A stretch of DNA of 64,000 nucleotides from Nageia nagi (lineage: Eukaryota > Plantae > Pinophyta): the NCBI GenBank assembly GCA_050084985.1, contig JBITNC010000001.1, positions 75,144,001 to 75,208,000 of the forward strand, read 5' to 3'. Made by a program: the position numbers and the translations under genes. The stretch's first letter is position 1. Every line of letters starts with the position of its first letter. Below are positions 13,728 to 61,800 of this stretch, in pieces. The notes under the pieces are model-generated. The model did not search any database and was not told where the DNA came from. It saw nothing but the letters and a program-made list of their open reading frames with translations.

Positions 13728-16666
13728 GATACTAAGGATAAAAAGCTAAAACCTTATAGACCTATAGTGATTGATTTATTAGATCAATTTGATAGACATA
13801 CTATTCAAAATATCCCAAGAACTAATAACATGTATGCATAAGCAATGGCAAGTGCAACTACACTAGTACCAATTGAAATTGAAGATGAAGAGACCATCCC
13901 TACAATTTGTAAGTTAAGTTCTCCTTCTTATATAGATCGTATGGATGAGATTTAGGCTTGTCTTATTATAGAAGAAAATGGTTTTCAGAATTAGTATGAT
14001 GATGTCTACAAATATTTGAAAACTCAAAAAGTTCTTAACTATTTTAATAGAAATGAAAGAGTAAGATTGAAAAGAACTGCAATAAGATATGTGATAATTG
14101 GAGGAGTCTTATATAGGAGATCATTTTATGGTGCATTATTGAGATGCTTAACATAAGATGAGATAGCTACTGCCTTATGACAAGCTTGTGATGGTTTATG
14201 TGGTGGTCACTTCCATGCAAAAGCACTACACACCAAACTTTTGAGGATTGGATACTATTGGCCTACTATGGAAGAGGATTATAAGGCTCATGTTAAAACT
14301 TGTTTGCAATGTCAAAAACATGCAAATTTAGAGAAATAACCTATCCAAGAGTTACATTCTATTATTTCTCCATGGCCATTTGCTACTTGGGGCATAGATT
14401 TGATTGGTATGATTAATCCTCATTCTAGGGAGGGACACAAATTTGTTATTATAGCTATAGAATTCACCACCAAATAGATCCTAATGAAATTGATCACTCA
14501 AACTAAGATCATTGTATTCCTCATCAAAAACATCATCACAAGGTTTGGTGTACCATAAAAGTTGATAATGGATAATGGACCAAATTTCAAAGGTAAAGAC
14601 ATGAAAGCTTTTTGTAAGAAGTTTCATATTGCACAAACCTTTTCTTCCATCTATTACCCTCAAGGTAATGGTCAAGCTGAAGCCACAAATAAAACAATCA
14701 AGAGCATACTTGCAAAAACATAGGATAAATACAAAAAAGATTGGTATGAGCAATTATCATATGCATTATGGGCATATAGAACTAGTATCCGTACAACCAT
14801 TGGGGAAACACCATTTTCATTAGTATATGGAGATGAATCCATTGTCCCACTTAAGTTAGAGATCCCCTCCCTTAGAATTCCCTTACAAGGTGGCATATCC
14901 AATGAAGATGCAAGAAAAGTAAGTTATAATAGCTGGAATCATTAGATGAGAAGAGAATCATAGCCATTGAACATCAAAAAGTATATCATGCAAAACTTAA
15001 GAGAGCATTTGGGAAGAAAATCAAAGCAAAGGAATTAAATATGGGATATCTAATGTTGAAAGAAAATATTAACAAAATAGTAGCAAATGAGGAAACAAAA
15101 GGCAAGTTTGAGCCCAATTGGTTGGGTCCATATGTTGTTATTGATGCAATAGGATCAACTGCATATAAACTATCACCCATGGATGGCAAAGAACCAAAGA
15201 CATTGAATTCCATCCATCTTAAATATTTATATGATTATAAATGATAGCACCATGCCCCACAAACACATAATTCATGAGCAAGGACATGTAAACTTTTATT
15301 TTTTCAAAAAATACAAAACTTCCCATGATGCTAGTGGCATGCACTATAAGCAGGCCACCAATGGTATACAAAAAAAACTTGAGAAATATTATCTCCCCTA
15401 CTAAACTTCACTTTGCATTCTATGCTACATTTCTCACAGCTCTGAGCAACACTGTTCTCTTCCATATGTTATCAATTCATGACTATTACCCAAATGGTGA
15501 TGTGGTGGATTTGGGTTGTGGCACACTTCATGCATGTGACAAGATGGCTTCCCTTACCCCCTTTTAAAGCATCAGCTGGGGGTAATCTCATATTCAATTG
15601 AAAGTAGGATGACTAAGCAGCTATTGATGAACAAAAGATAAAATAATTTTATTTTGACAAAATTCAAGGATTTGTACACTACCAACAACGTAGATAACTG
15701 TTAGCATGATGCCAATGACATGAAAAAAAGAAAAAGAAAAAAGAAAAGAAACAGTCCAATGTCTTTGGATCATAGACATAAAATGTATTATCATCGATAA
15801 CCAATGACACAACTAGTGAGAGTTCACTCACTTGAAAGTAAACCAATGATGTAGTCATGGGCAAGATGTTAACATTAGATTATCTCTAATGGATGATAAA
15901 ACTTGCTATGTATCCACATGATTTTTTCTTTGAACTAATCCAAAGCATACTATTTTCAGATCATACACATAAAATATATGATCATCAATGGCCATCGATA
16001 CGGCTAGTGATAGTTCACTCACTTAAAAGATAAATTGATGATACAACCGTAAGTAGGTTGTTGACATTGATTCATCATCAATGGAAGATACAACTCATTG
16101 TGCATCTACCATTTTTTTATGATTGACTTTTCATTACAAGTTTATACATCCCAAAGAGAAGAAGAAATACAAAGAATTCCATGTTGTCAACGATGTGCAT
16201 ACTATTCCCTAAGCCATTAGCAATATCCATTTCATCACCATTTTAGCTTAGTCAAAGTAGGTCCTCTCTGTTTCAAGGCATGGATGTAAGTGCAAATGGT
16301 TCTTGAGTATTGAAAATAATGGAATGACTAGATTCATGGTTGGAGCAATAGAAGGGGAAAAAACACATCTTCCATCTTCAAAATTTGATATGGGATAATA
16401 CAACTACCTGATAGCATAATCATTTCCATCATCTACACAACATCATTCTTGTAGAGAGATTTTTCATTAGAGTTTTCCTTGGTTGCACCATTCAAGGATA
16501 TTTCCTGGGGCATCCAAGACAAAAGGGGGTAGCAAGGGACCCTCATCATATCAACAACATGGGATAATACAATAAAGAGTTCAAAGTTCTCAAAAAAATT
16601 TCTTCTACACTTCTTCTTTGGACATGTAATTTCATTGCTTCAATCACATCTCCAAAGAGGGGCAAA

Positions 16667-17260
16667 TGCAAATGCTTAAAAATGAATTATTATTTATTAA
16701 ATAATTCATTTTAAAGCCTCAACAATGTATTATGTAAAAAGAGGTTAAAATACTACTCTAAGTCATGATAAAGCTATATGATAGGAATAGTGGACCCTTG
16801 TGGTATGTACAAGGGGTCAAAAAGATCAAAGTCATGTAAACTTGTATCATATATAAAGGCATCAATTGGTGACCTTAAACCTTATGAGCAAACAAATATG
16901 AGGACTTAAGAGAGATTCTAGCACATGATACATCACTTTGTTATGTGCAAATATTATTCGTAAGTTATATCTTATATTTGCTATCTGATGATTCTTTTGT
17001 TCACTCATCACTACATTTTTTATTGCATCTATTATATTGCTTATCTTAAGCCATCAACGACATGTAAATGAATGAATGTATGCTTTTCTTTTGTGTATGT
17101 GTCTCTTTACAGAATGAACATGCGGTCTAATTAAACACAAGTATCTTTCTATTATGCGTTATTACCATATTTTAGATATATGCATCAATAAGAAATAAAT
17201 AGACCAATAGTGCATTAATTAACCCCCATAAAAAATTAATTACATAATTTTGGGTCTACA
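16667..17260 (+). repeat. G2 3' LTR (594 bp)
   Basis: TGCAAATGCTT...GGGTCTACA, preceded by the PPT and followed by TSD GGTGT. Confidence 0.95.
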
Positions 17261-18973
17261 GGTGTTGAGAGACATTGTAGAAAATATGAGTATTGCCACT
17301 ATTAAATATTAAAATATGCTTTCAAATATACTAGCTTGATAATGTACTTATGTGATTCTCCATTATACAGGTACATTGCCTTCTTGATCCATTCCTTGGA
17401 CCATGCATCATTAGCCCACTATTTGAGGATAATCATAGAAAATATCATTATTGATACTTATGATAATATTTTAAATAAATATAAAATCAAATCAATACAT
17501 ATACACATCTTTTGTGTAACTATTTCTATTATTGAAAATTATTATTATTATTTAATATCATCCACTATTGTGAAATATTATTGTTACATAATTTATTATT
17601 ATCTACTATAAATTTATTATTATTTTCCTATCACTTAAAAAACTTATTATATTGATAATTGTATATATTTATCCAAAAATAACATGGATAATATTAAATT
17701 TAACATAAGTGTAGATCTAAATTTTATTAATATATAAAAAATATAGAAAATAAATATAGCATTCATGATTGATTCAACTGCAATACATGGAGCATTTCAA
17801 ATCCCTTCCCATGTAGCATTACAAAAAGAGCATGGAGCTTGCAGAGAGAGAAACATAATTATCATAAAACCAAAGGAACATTAACATATGATGCAAGACC
17901 TTTCTAAGAACAAGATGTAAATGCAAAATAATAAAAAAAAAGGAACATTAAGAGTTTAAACATAAAAGAATTTTAGGTGTTTACACTATGCCTCAATTAA
18001 GGTGATAATTATGCACTATTTCTAAATATTGTTATTACATATTTTGTTGTTACTCATTTTACACTTTCTTTTATTTTTTCTATCATTTAAAAAAATAAAA
18101 AAATACTACATTGATTTGTAGGTAGATTGATCTCAAACTAATAGTTTTATATGTTGAAATTCTAAAGTATAAGGGTCTATATTCCAACCTTAATAATGAA
18201 AGACTAAAGTTCTTTCAAGTTCATTTATACATGAATAGTCAACCTCACCAAGGACATCATAAACCTATTTATCCAAGCTCAATATTTAATAAACAAAGAT
18301 GATAAAGACATATGAGATGATACTTTAAAGTCCATGGAGAGTTTAACGTTGAAGGTTATAGGTGATGTCATACAACTTTTCACGAGTAACATTCCTTTTC
18401 ATGTGACACATTTGTACTCTTTAAAAGAAAATGCTTGAGGAAGTTATTTGGATGGTGAAAGTCAACATTGTTCATAGATCAAATACCCAAGCCGCAATAT
18501 TCTACGTTGTCATGCTCGACCTTATTTTATATGTATAATAAGAATAACAAAAAGAAATATATGATTGACTTAGAATTGATGTATCTCTTATAAACAAAGA
18601 GGTGATCAAAGAGTTACTCTATATAACATTTTTTATACCATTCTTAAATTATTAAAATAATAAATTTAATTACGAATGATACTTATTTATATATTTTAAA
18701 TATATATCTAAAAATATTGAGAAACATTAATCTCTAAACATCTATCTTGAAAATCACACTTTCAAAAAATAAAATAAACCTCTCAAACTTATACCTCTTA
18801 ATATTTTTAAGTATATATTTAAACTATCTAAACTAATTATAAAATATAAATCTAAAAAATTCACTTAATATAACTTTTTTTAAACCTATTTAACAAATAC
18901 TTTTTATATATAAACATTATATTGCACACTTCATTATGCAAGAATAAATCTATTACTAACCTTTTAAACTTTG

Positions 18974-19079
18974 AAACCCTATAAACCCTAAGCCCCTAAA
19001 TGGCTGGTGATTCCCCGCCTTATGGTTGCCGCAATATTTTAATTTTTGGGATTCCATATTTTCCAGTCACTCTATAAAA
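18974..19079 (+). promoter_or_regulatory. Putative CFIm25 core promoter: two telo-boxes and a TATA box
   Basis: AAACCCTA at 18974-18981, AAACCCTAA at 18983-18991 and TATAAAA at 19073-19079, then a pyrimidine patch at about 19101, about 240 bp upstream of the ATG. Confidence 0.6.
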
Positions 19080-19305
19080 AAGTTCAAACGCAGTGGAAAT
19101 TTCTTCTCCCTTCAATCTGAAACATCTGGAAGACGGTAGGGAGACTCGCGTCAGCGACTAGAATGCTCTTGCTGTGCTTTGATCCAGTCTGAGCTCTTGT
19201 CTTGGGAAAATCCTTCCTGTGTAGATCGAACCTGCTAACCTAGCTCTTCTTATTTTATCATACAACAGAAGTAGAAGTAGCAGTAGAAGGAGAAGAAGGT
19301 GGTAG

Positions 19306-55112
<35,807 letters not shown>

Positions 55113-55166
55113 ATTCTGCAAGAACTTTAGCACCGATATCTTCATGCAGTGAACTTTGAAAGTGAT

Positions 55167-55912
55167 AAATTTGTTAGTGATTGCTGAATAGCGTGGCTCA
55201 TTAAGGGTCAGGAAAACATGGCCAATATATACATCTGGGTGTTTGTTACATGGGCTTTTGTTCGTGAAGGTATAAAATACTAACTACTAGACTAGAAGAT
55301 CGCACTGTAGAAGTTGTTGTCTATAAATATTGTTGTGTGAGAATTGGGATGAAAAGACATGCGTCTGAAGCTGTAAAAAAGAGGAAATTTAGTCTTTATT
55401 ACTCTGGTGAACCAACAGTATCACCCATTTATGATGATGTTTTAATGTCTCAATTAGTGGGATCTTACCTATTTTATACACTATAGAAGTAATGTTTATA
55501 ATTTTGATATCATAAAGAGTCAAAATGAGATGTTTACTATGAAATTATCTCATTCCTCTTTGTAAGTTGATCATGATTACTACAAAATTTGTTAGTGACT
55601 GATCAATATAAAAATCTGGGTTTTTATGTTATGTAAGCTTTTGTTCCTGCACGTATAAAATACTGACTACTAGATTTGAAGATTGTACTGTAGAAATTGC
55701 TGAGTCTACAAGTATTGGGATGAAGAGATATGCATCTGAAGTTGTAAAAGCGAAGTAATATAGGATTTATTACTATGTTGCAAAACAGTATTGCCCATTT
55801 GCGGATTATGTTTTCATGTCTCATTTAGTGCATTTTTGGCTATTCTATACATTATAAAAGTTAATGTTCATAAAACTGATATAATAGTGTCAATATGAGA
55901 TGTTTACTATGA
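55167..55912 (+). repeat. Diverged tandem duplication of the CFIm25 3' UTR/terminator region (55167-55542 and 55585-55912)
   Basis: Collinear blocks AAATTTGTTAGTGA, GTATAAAATACT.ACTACTAGA, ATTGGGATGAA.AGA.ATGC.TCTGAAG, and ATGAGATGTTTACTATGA occur in both copies. Confidence 0.9.
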
Positions 55913-57759
55913 TAGTAGTGTCATGTATGCTGCACTACTTTGTTGGCATTTGAAGTCATTTTATATGAATCAATGATGTCTTTTAATGTCTTTTAAATCC
56001 AATGGTTTGTAGGATCATATTTGATCAAAGATAAATATATATCATTTATGTATTTAAGTAATTGTTTCTAACAAAATTAAGATCTATAATAAAATTGCCA
56101 AGATTTACATACATAATTAATGTTCATGTTGTGCACCATCCTCAACTTTTTGAAGGATATTTGTTCAATTAAGTTTGCTTTAAACCTTAAATAGGCCCGT
56201 CATTAGGGTTATATTCACAATTATTATGATACATTATAGTGTGAACTGCATCTGTTGAATTTGTGTGAAGTGCCCTTATTATATACAAGTGAATTGATTT
56301 TAAAGTGACCGAGGACTTGTTCATTGAGTAATGATCAACATGGATATTGTTGCATTTTAAACTTTTACTCTGATCTTATTCTTCCAGTAGCTTAGAAACA
56401 GAATGAGTGATTGGAGTAGGTAGCTAACATTATATCCATGAATGTTCCTAGTGTTTGAAGACAGTAATGATGTAAAATACAAAATATGTCTAGGAATAGA
56501 AAATTCTAAACTCTCCAAATGGTATAATTTTCAGCTTTTGTTGATTACGTTTTTGAGTAGATAAAGGGAACTGATAAGATTGTTGACAATGAACTTTCGT
56601 ATGAGTAAATTGTTGACGAATAAGTGCTTAACAATGTTTTGTGCAAATTTTTTTATGTATAAGTGAACTTTTGTTTGACTTGTTATTTCATATGTATATT
56701 TTGTACTTGAAAGCTAAAGGATGTATATAGCAAGCTTCATATTTTTATATATGGTAAAGCTTTGTTTTATCCATGTTTGAAGCTTTAAAAAAGACGTTAA
56801 TGCACTGCTACGTAGTAATGTGTATTAGTTTTGAAGTTATGATTAAGAAGGGAAGTGGTTGTAGATTATTTCGGTTGTTCTCCGAATCCTTTTGACTAGA
56901 AAGCCAATATATACATGAGGTTAGAATACTCAAATTATTGATTACCTAAAACTAGGCCCATATGATGAAGGGCCATCAACAAGCCATCAACAATAGGGTG
57001 GATATTTATGAAAGACAAAAGCCTTATGATCACAAAGCCATCCATGAAGTAAGATGTATAGAGGTAAAATAGGTGGACCATAGTGCATCTAAGTAGACCC
57101 AATTAATTAGCGTTTACAAGTGTTAAAAAAAAATAGATTAGAAGTTTTGATGAGTCACCACACTTTCCCCTTGTTAAAAGTTAAAAGGGGTGGAACAATT
57201 TACAATCATTAGTGATCTATCAAGCTCCATTATTATTGTATTTATCGATGGTCAAATTGTTATTTGTATCTCTTTTTGATCACAAGAAGTTATTTTTTTA
57301 ACAAAATGTTCATTTTTTTTGGGCTTTTTTTGGACTTCTACCATTTGATTTTCATTCTTTCGCAGCAAAAATAACCAATTGCCATCATGAATTCAACCTT
57401 TAGCTTGCTAAATACTTTGTAAAGATTATTTTCGTAAGAGAAAAGCTCTTGGCAATGCATAAGTTTCTTTCATGAATTTATTTGTTGATAAACTAATGAC
57501 AATTGCATTATGTACATCCAACAAGTTGCAACAAAAAGTTGCTCCTTTAAATTGTTAGACTCTCAACTAAAACTACTATTGACAATAGGCAAATTATGCT
57601 AAAAACTATAGAAGACTATTTGAATCATATTTATTTTTATATCAACTTTTGATAACATGGTTTTCATTCCTTTTTATTTTATTTTGTGAAGGATTTCTTT
57701 ACAATAAACCTTAATTAATTTTTTGATTTATATTTTGGTGGGTCATGGTTTTAGAATCC

Positions 57760-57960
57760 ACTAATTTATCTTCAAGATGGAGATGATCCTACAATATGGT
57801 TGTACAAGTTTGAACAATATTTTATAATAAGTGTCACTCTTCTAAATAAAATTTTTTATTCTTCTATTGTTTAATTTGGATCATGAATTTATTCAATGGT
57901 ATTTTAATAAGTTGGAATGAGGATTTTTGAAAGGAATAATAACCTTTTACATTAACTTTT
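57760..57960 (+). mobile_element. Highly decayed Ty3/gypsy gag remnant
   Basis: Translation QDGDDPTIWLYKFEQYF resembles the gypsy gag N-terminal motif. Confidence 0.4.
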
Positions 57961-58896
57961 AGAGATATGACAATGAGCTTAGGAGCAAAACATAGTTTTT
58001 ATAAATTTGGAAATAATTTAATTGCCCAAATAACATCAAAGCTACAATTAACTTAGAATTTGAGATATAGGCCTAAAGATTGAAAAAAAATATTCTTGTC
58101 CAAAATTGAAGTTGGGTTTTAGTGCCCAAAACCAAGGTTTTCCACAAAAATATAACCATTAGAATCTTCCTATGAGTAAAAAATAGAGGACTAAAGGCCC
58201 TAAAGAACCCACCCTACAATATGGTTAGGAAGAGAAAACCCTTCAAATGCATAACACTATGTTTGAAACAAGGCAACAAATATTTTAAGAGAATACCCTT
58301 AACATTGTTTTTCAATCAATCAAGGCAAAAGATATCTTGGTGTAGGCCAAAAATCATTTATTTCAAATTCACCAACATCACTCAAGGTTTCCCCATGAGA
58401 TATCTTCTAGCTCTTCTTTCACCATGGTTTAAAAGCTTGTTGTCTTGATATTGGCCAACACCAACATTGCTCAATATTTCCCCAAAGAGATTTTGGACTA
58501 AACCATGATTCAAAAGTTGCATCCCCTCCTTCACGAGTTGAAAGATCCAACCACAAGTCAATAGTAAAGTAGAACATTGCTTGTCTCTCCCTTGTAATCT
58601 AACATCTCATTTGGATGAAATATTCATGCAAGTTACCAATCAACACCATCCTTTCCTAGATATCCTAGGATGCCTCCTAGTTCATAATCCTCAAGCATAA
58701 GTCCATAATTGAGAATAGGGACCCTACAATCAACATTGCTCCAACGTTCCTTGTTTCCTCATCCAACAAACCACTCGACCCCAAGCCATCTTTTGCATCT
58801 TGGTTTGAATGCTCTCACCCATTGCTACCCCTTTCTCTAATAGAGCCTCCAGTAGTTGCCTCACAATCATTTTAGCTTGCCCTATTGATTACAAGG

Positions 58897-61800
58897 ATTT
58901 TGCTGACAAATCCTATATCAAACCTTCGGTTATTGGTCTTGTGAGACTTAAATTGCTAGGCCTTCGAGATATGGTTCTTCAAAATGTGCTCTACCATCCT
59001 CAATTGCGAAGGAACTTGCTATCTCTTGTGCTCATTCGACAACAAGGACACTCTATTCATATGTTCGATGGCATTGTGGAGATAAGGTCTTCCGACAACA
59101 AAGTGGTGATGACTAGTGGGGAGGATGAGAAGCTGTTGAAGATGCATGGAAGTTCTGCCAAATCACAAAATTATGCCTACCTCACCCATCAAGAAAAAGG
59201 TACTCTCTCATCTAGTCTTTTGTGGCATGCGAGATTTGGCCATCTCAATTTTGATGATCTCCGTTTATTAAAAAAGAGAGGTTTTTTGGGATTGCCTACT
59301 ATTCCTAGGAACATAGAACGTTGTGAAGCATGTGTCCTAGGAAGGCACAACAAACAACCTTTTCATGATTCAAATTTTAGAGCATGTAGAAAACTAGAAC
59401 TCCTGCACTCCGATTTGTGTGGTCCATTGCTTGTCCCTTCTGTTGCTGGAAACAAATATATCATGACCCTCATAGATGATTACTCTAGGATGTGTTGGGT
59501 GTATTTGTTAAAGAACAAATTTGAATGTTTTGCAAAGTTTAAAGAATTTCATTTGATGATTGAGAAAGAAGCAAATGCTCATATTGGAACACTTCGTTCT
59601 AATAATGGGGGTGAATACACTTCAGTTGAATTCAAGAACTATCTTAGTCAACATGGAATCAAGCATCAAACAATTGTTCCCTACAATTTGCAATAGAATG
59701 GTGTAGCTGAAAGAATGAACAAAACTTTGTTGAATATGACATAGGCAATGTTGTTTTTCAATAATGTGAAGATGTTTTGGGGTGATGCAGTTGCTTGTGC
59801 AGTGTATGTTAGAAATAGGTGTCCATCTCATGCTCTTGATGATAAGACTCCATATGAAATGTGGTTTGGTAGTGTTCCTTCGTTTCGACATCTCAGGGTT
59901 TTTGGTTCCACCTGCTATGCCCTAGTCCCTAAGGAACAAAGAAACAAACTTGGTGCCAAGAGTCAAAAATGTATTTTCTTGGGATACTCAAATACTACAA
60001 AGGGTTATTAGCTTTATGATGAGGTAAACAAAAAGTTCCTCTTTGCAAGGGACGTCATTTTTTTGGAATGTTCCAAGAGTGACCTAACTGTTGAGCGGCA
60101 GCTTGGTCACCTTGATAGGTTTACTCATGGAAAGCATTTCTTTGAACATGATTACAAGATTCCAAATGTTGAAGGGGGGATCCCTATTTTGGATCAATCA
60201 TTGGAATCTCAACCACTTGTGCCTGTTTTAGAAGTGCTTGATACAACAGTTGCACTTGTTCTAGCAATACAAGCACCTTCTCCACCACAGGAAAATCCTT
60301 CCTCTTCGTCAGTCCCATAAGCTCCTTTGGATGATGTGATTGAAGGGTTCGATAGGTTGAGTCTTGATGAGGATGAAGAACCTTCCCAGCTTGTTGAGCA
60401 ACCAAAAACATTGCAGAAGATTCCTAAGTGGCTTTCCAAAACACTTGAGAGTGTTCATCTTGATGAAGTTGGAATGAAAGGAACTAGGAGTTCCTATAGA
60501 AACAGAATTGAAGATGGAGCAGTAGAGGATTCAGATTCAGGTGATGATATTGAGGATATGGAAAGTTCGTTTGATTGTGAATTGAATTTCTCTGTTGATT
60601 GTGAGCCGACTTCCTTTAAAGAAGCTTTTTCTCATGATGTTTGGTGGGATGCTATGAAGAATGAGTATGATGCTCTCATCAAGAATGGGACATGGAAGTT
60701 GGTGGATATTCGATATGGAACCAAATCTATTGGATGCAAGTGGGTCTACAAGAACAAATACAGATCAGACGACTCACTTGAGAAACACAAAGCAAGGCTT
60801 GTAGCAAAGGGTTTTGCATCGAAAGAAGGTATTGATTATGATGAAACCTTTGCTTCCACAACAAAATGGACTACTATTCATTCTTTGTTGGCAATATCAG
60901 CTCAACATGGATGGAAAGTTCATCAGATGGATGTGAAGACTACTTTCTTGAATGGTGATTTGAAAGAAAATATGTACATGAGACAACTAGAAGGATTTGC
61001 AGTGAAGGGTTACGAACAAAAAGTTTGTAAGCTTATCAAGTCCTTGTATGGCCTAAAACAAGTTCCTCGTGCTTGGTACGAAAAGCTTACTGAGCACCTT
61101 GTGAAGATATACTTTGAATACTTTAATCTGGATGATGCAACTTTGTTTGTTAGAAAAGTTGGCAAAACGGTTGTATATCTTGTGGTGTATGTAGATGATC
61201 TTTTGATAACTGGGAACAACGAAAGTTACATTGCATCCATGAAACAAGATTTGAAGAGAGGTTTTGAAATGATAGATATAGGACATCTTCATTACTATTT
61301 GGGTGTTGAAGTGTCATAAAACCTAAAGTACATTTTCATTTCCCAAAGAAAATACATTGGAGAATTGTAGAACAGATTTGGCATAACATATTGTAATCCC
61401 CTTTCTACTCCAATGGAACAAAATTTGAAGATGAAATCTATTGAAGGGAATGCATTTGAGGATGCAACAAAGTATAGACAACTTGTTGGGAGTCTCATAT
61501 ATCTAACCACAACTAGACCAAACATTTCATTTGCGGTTGGAATTCTCTCGATTTATGTAAAAACTGTGTGAAGGAAATTTGAATGTAGCAATACGAGTTC
61601 TTCAATATTTGAAAGGCACACAGGAATTAGGGCTCAAGTATTCCAAAGTAGGAGACTTCAAATTAATTGGATATACAGATTCAGTCTTTGATGGTGACAA
61701 AGAAAAAGGAGTTTCAACTTCAGGATATACCATGAGTTTTGGATTAGCAGCTATCTCTTGGAGTTCATGAAAGCAATCTGTTTTGGCAGATTCCACTACA

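Larger units (their letters stand above)
6525..17260 (+). mobile_element. Full-length degenerate Ty3/gypsy Tat-type LTR retrotransposon (G2) with a second, archaeal-type RNase H; nested in the G1 LTR
   Basis: LTRs 6525-7204 and 16667-17260 (TG...CA). TSD GGTGT at 6520-6524 and 17261-17265. PBS TGGTGAACC after the 5' LTR; PPT AAAGAGGGGCAAA before the 3' LTR. Fragments of gag, PR, RT (MEVYVDDILVKS), RH, aRH (WTLYFDGSK...GAGI; CTNNMVEYE) and integrase (about 14150-15240), with many stops and frameshifts. Confidence 0.95.
1..17985 (-). mobile_element. Degenerate Ty3/gypsy LTR retrotransposon (element G1); 3' end lies outside the window; its 5' LTR is interrupted by G2
   Basis: RT remnant in ORF 643-939 (PLPNIDMIMD...FMDAFFCYNQIKI...THWGNFYW...LKNVGVIYQRAM). 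Protease remnant in ORF 4327-4569 (ALVGGGSTLNI). gag remnants about 5300-5900. PBS-like TGGTGAACC on minus at 6064-6072. The 5' LTR is 6077-6524 plus 17266-17985, with inverted termini TGTAAATGCATAAAA...TTTTAGGTGTTTACA. Confidence 0.8.

Noticed and set aside
18974-19000. Interstitial telomere remnant
   Set aside because: Only 2-3 imperfect units next to a TATA box; better read as promoter telo-boxes.
58080-58896. Possible minus-strand LINE ORF1 remnant (GKPWFW..KPNF)
   Set aside because: Too decayed to support boundaries or identity by eye.
58809-59696. 295-aa ORF with a novel N-terminus fused to Copia PR/INT
   Set aside because: Chance read-through across the duplication breakpoint at 58897; it ends at a premature stop.
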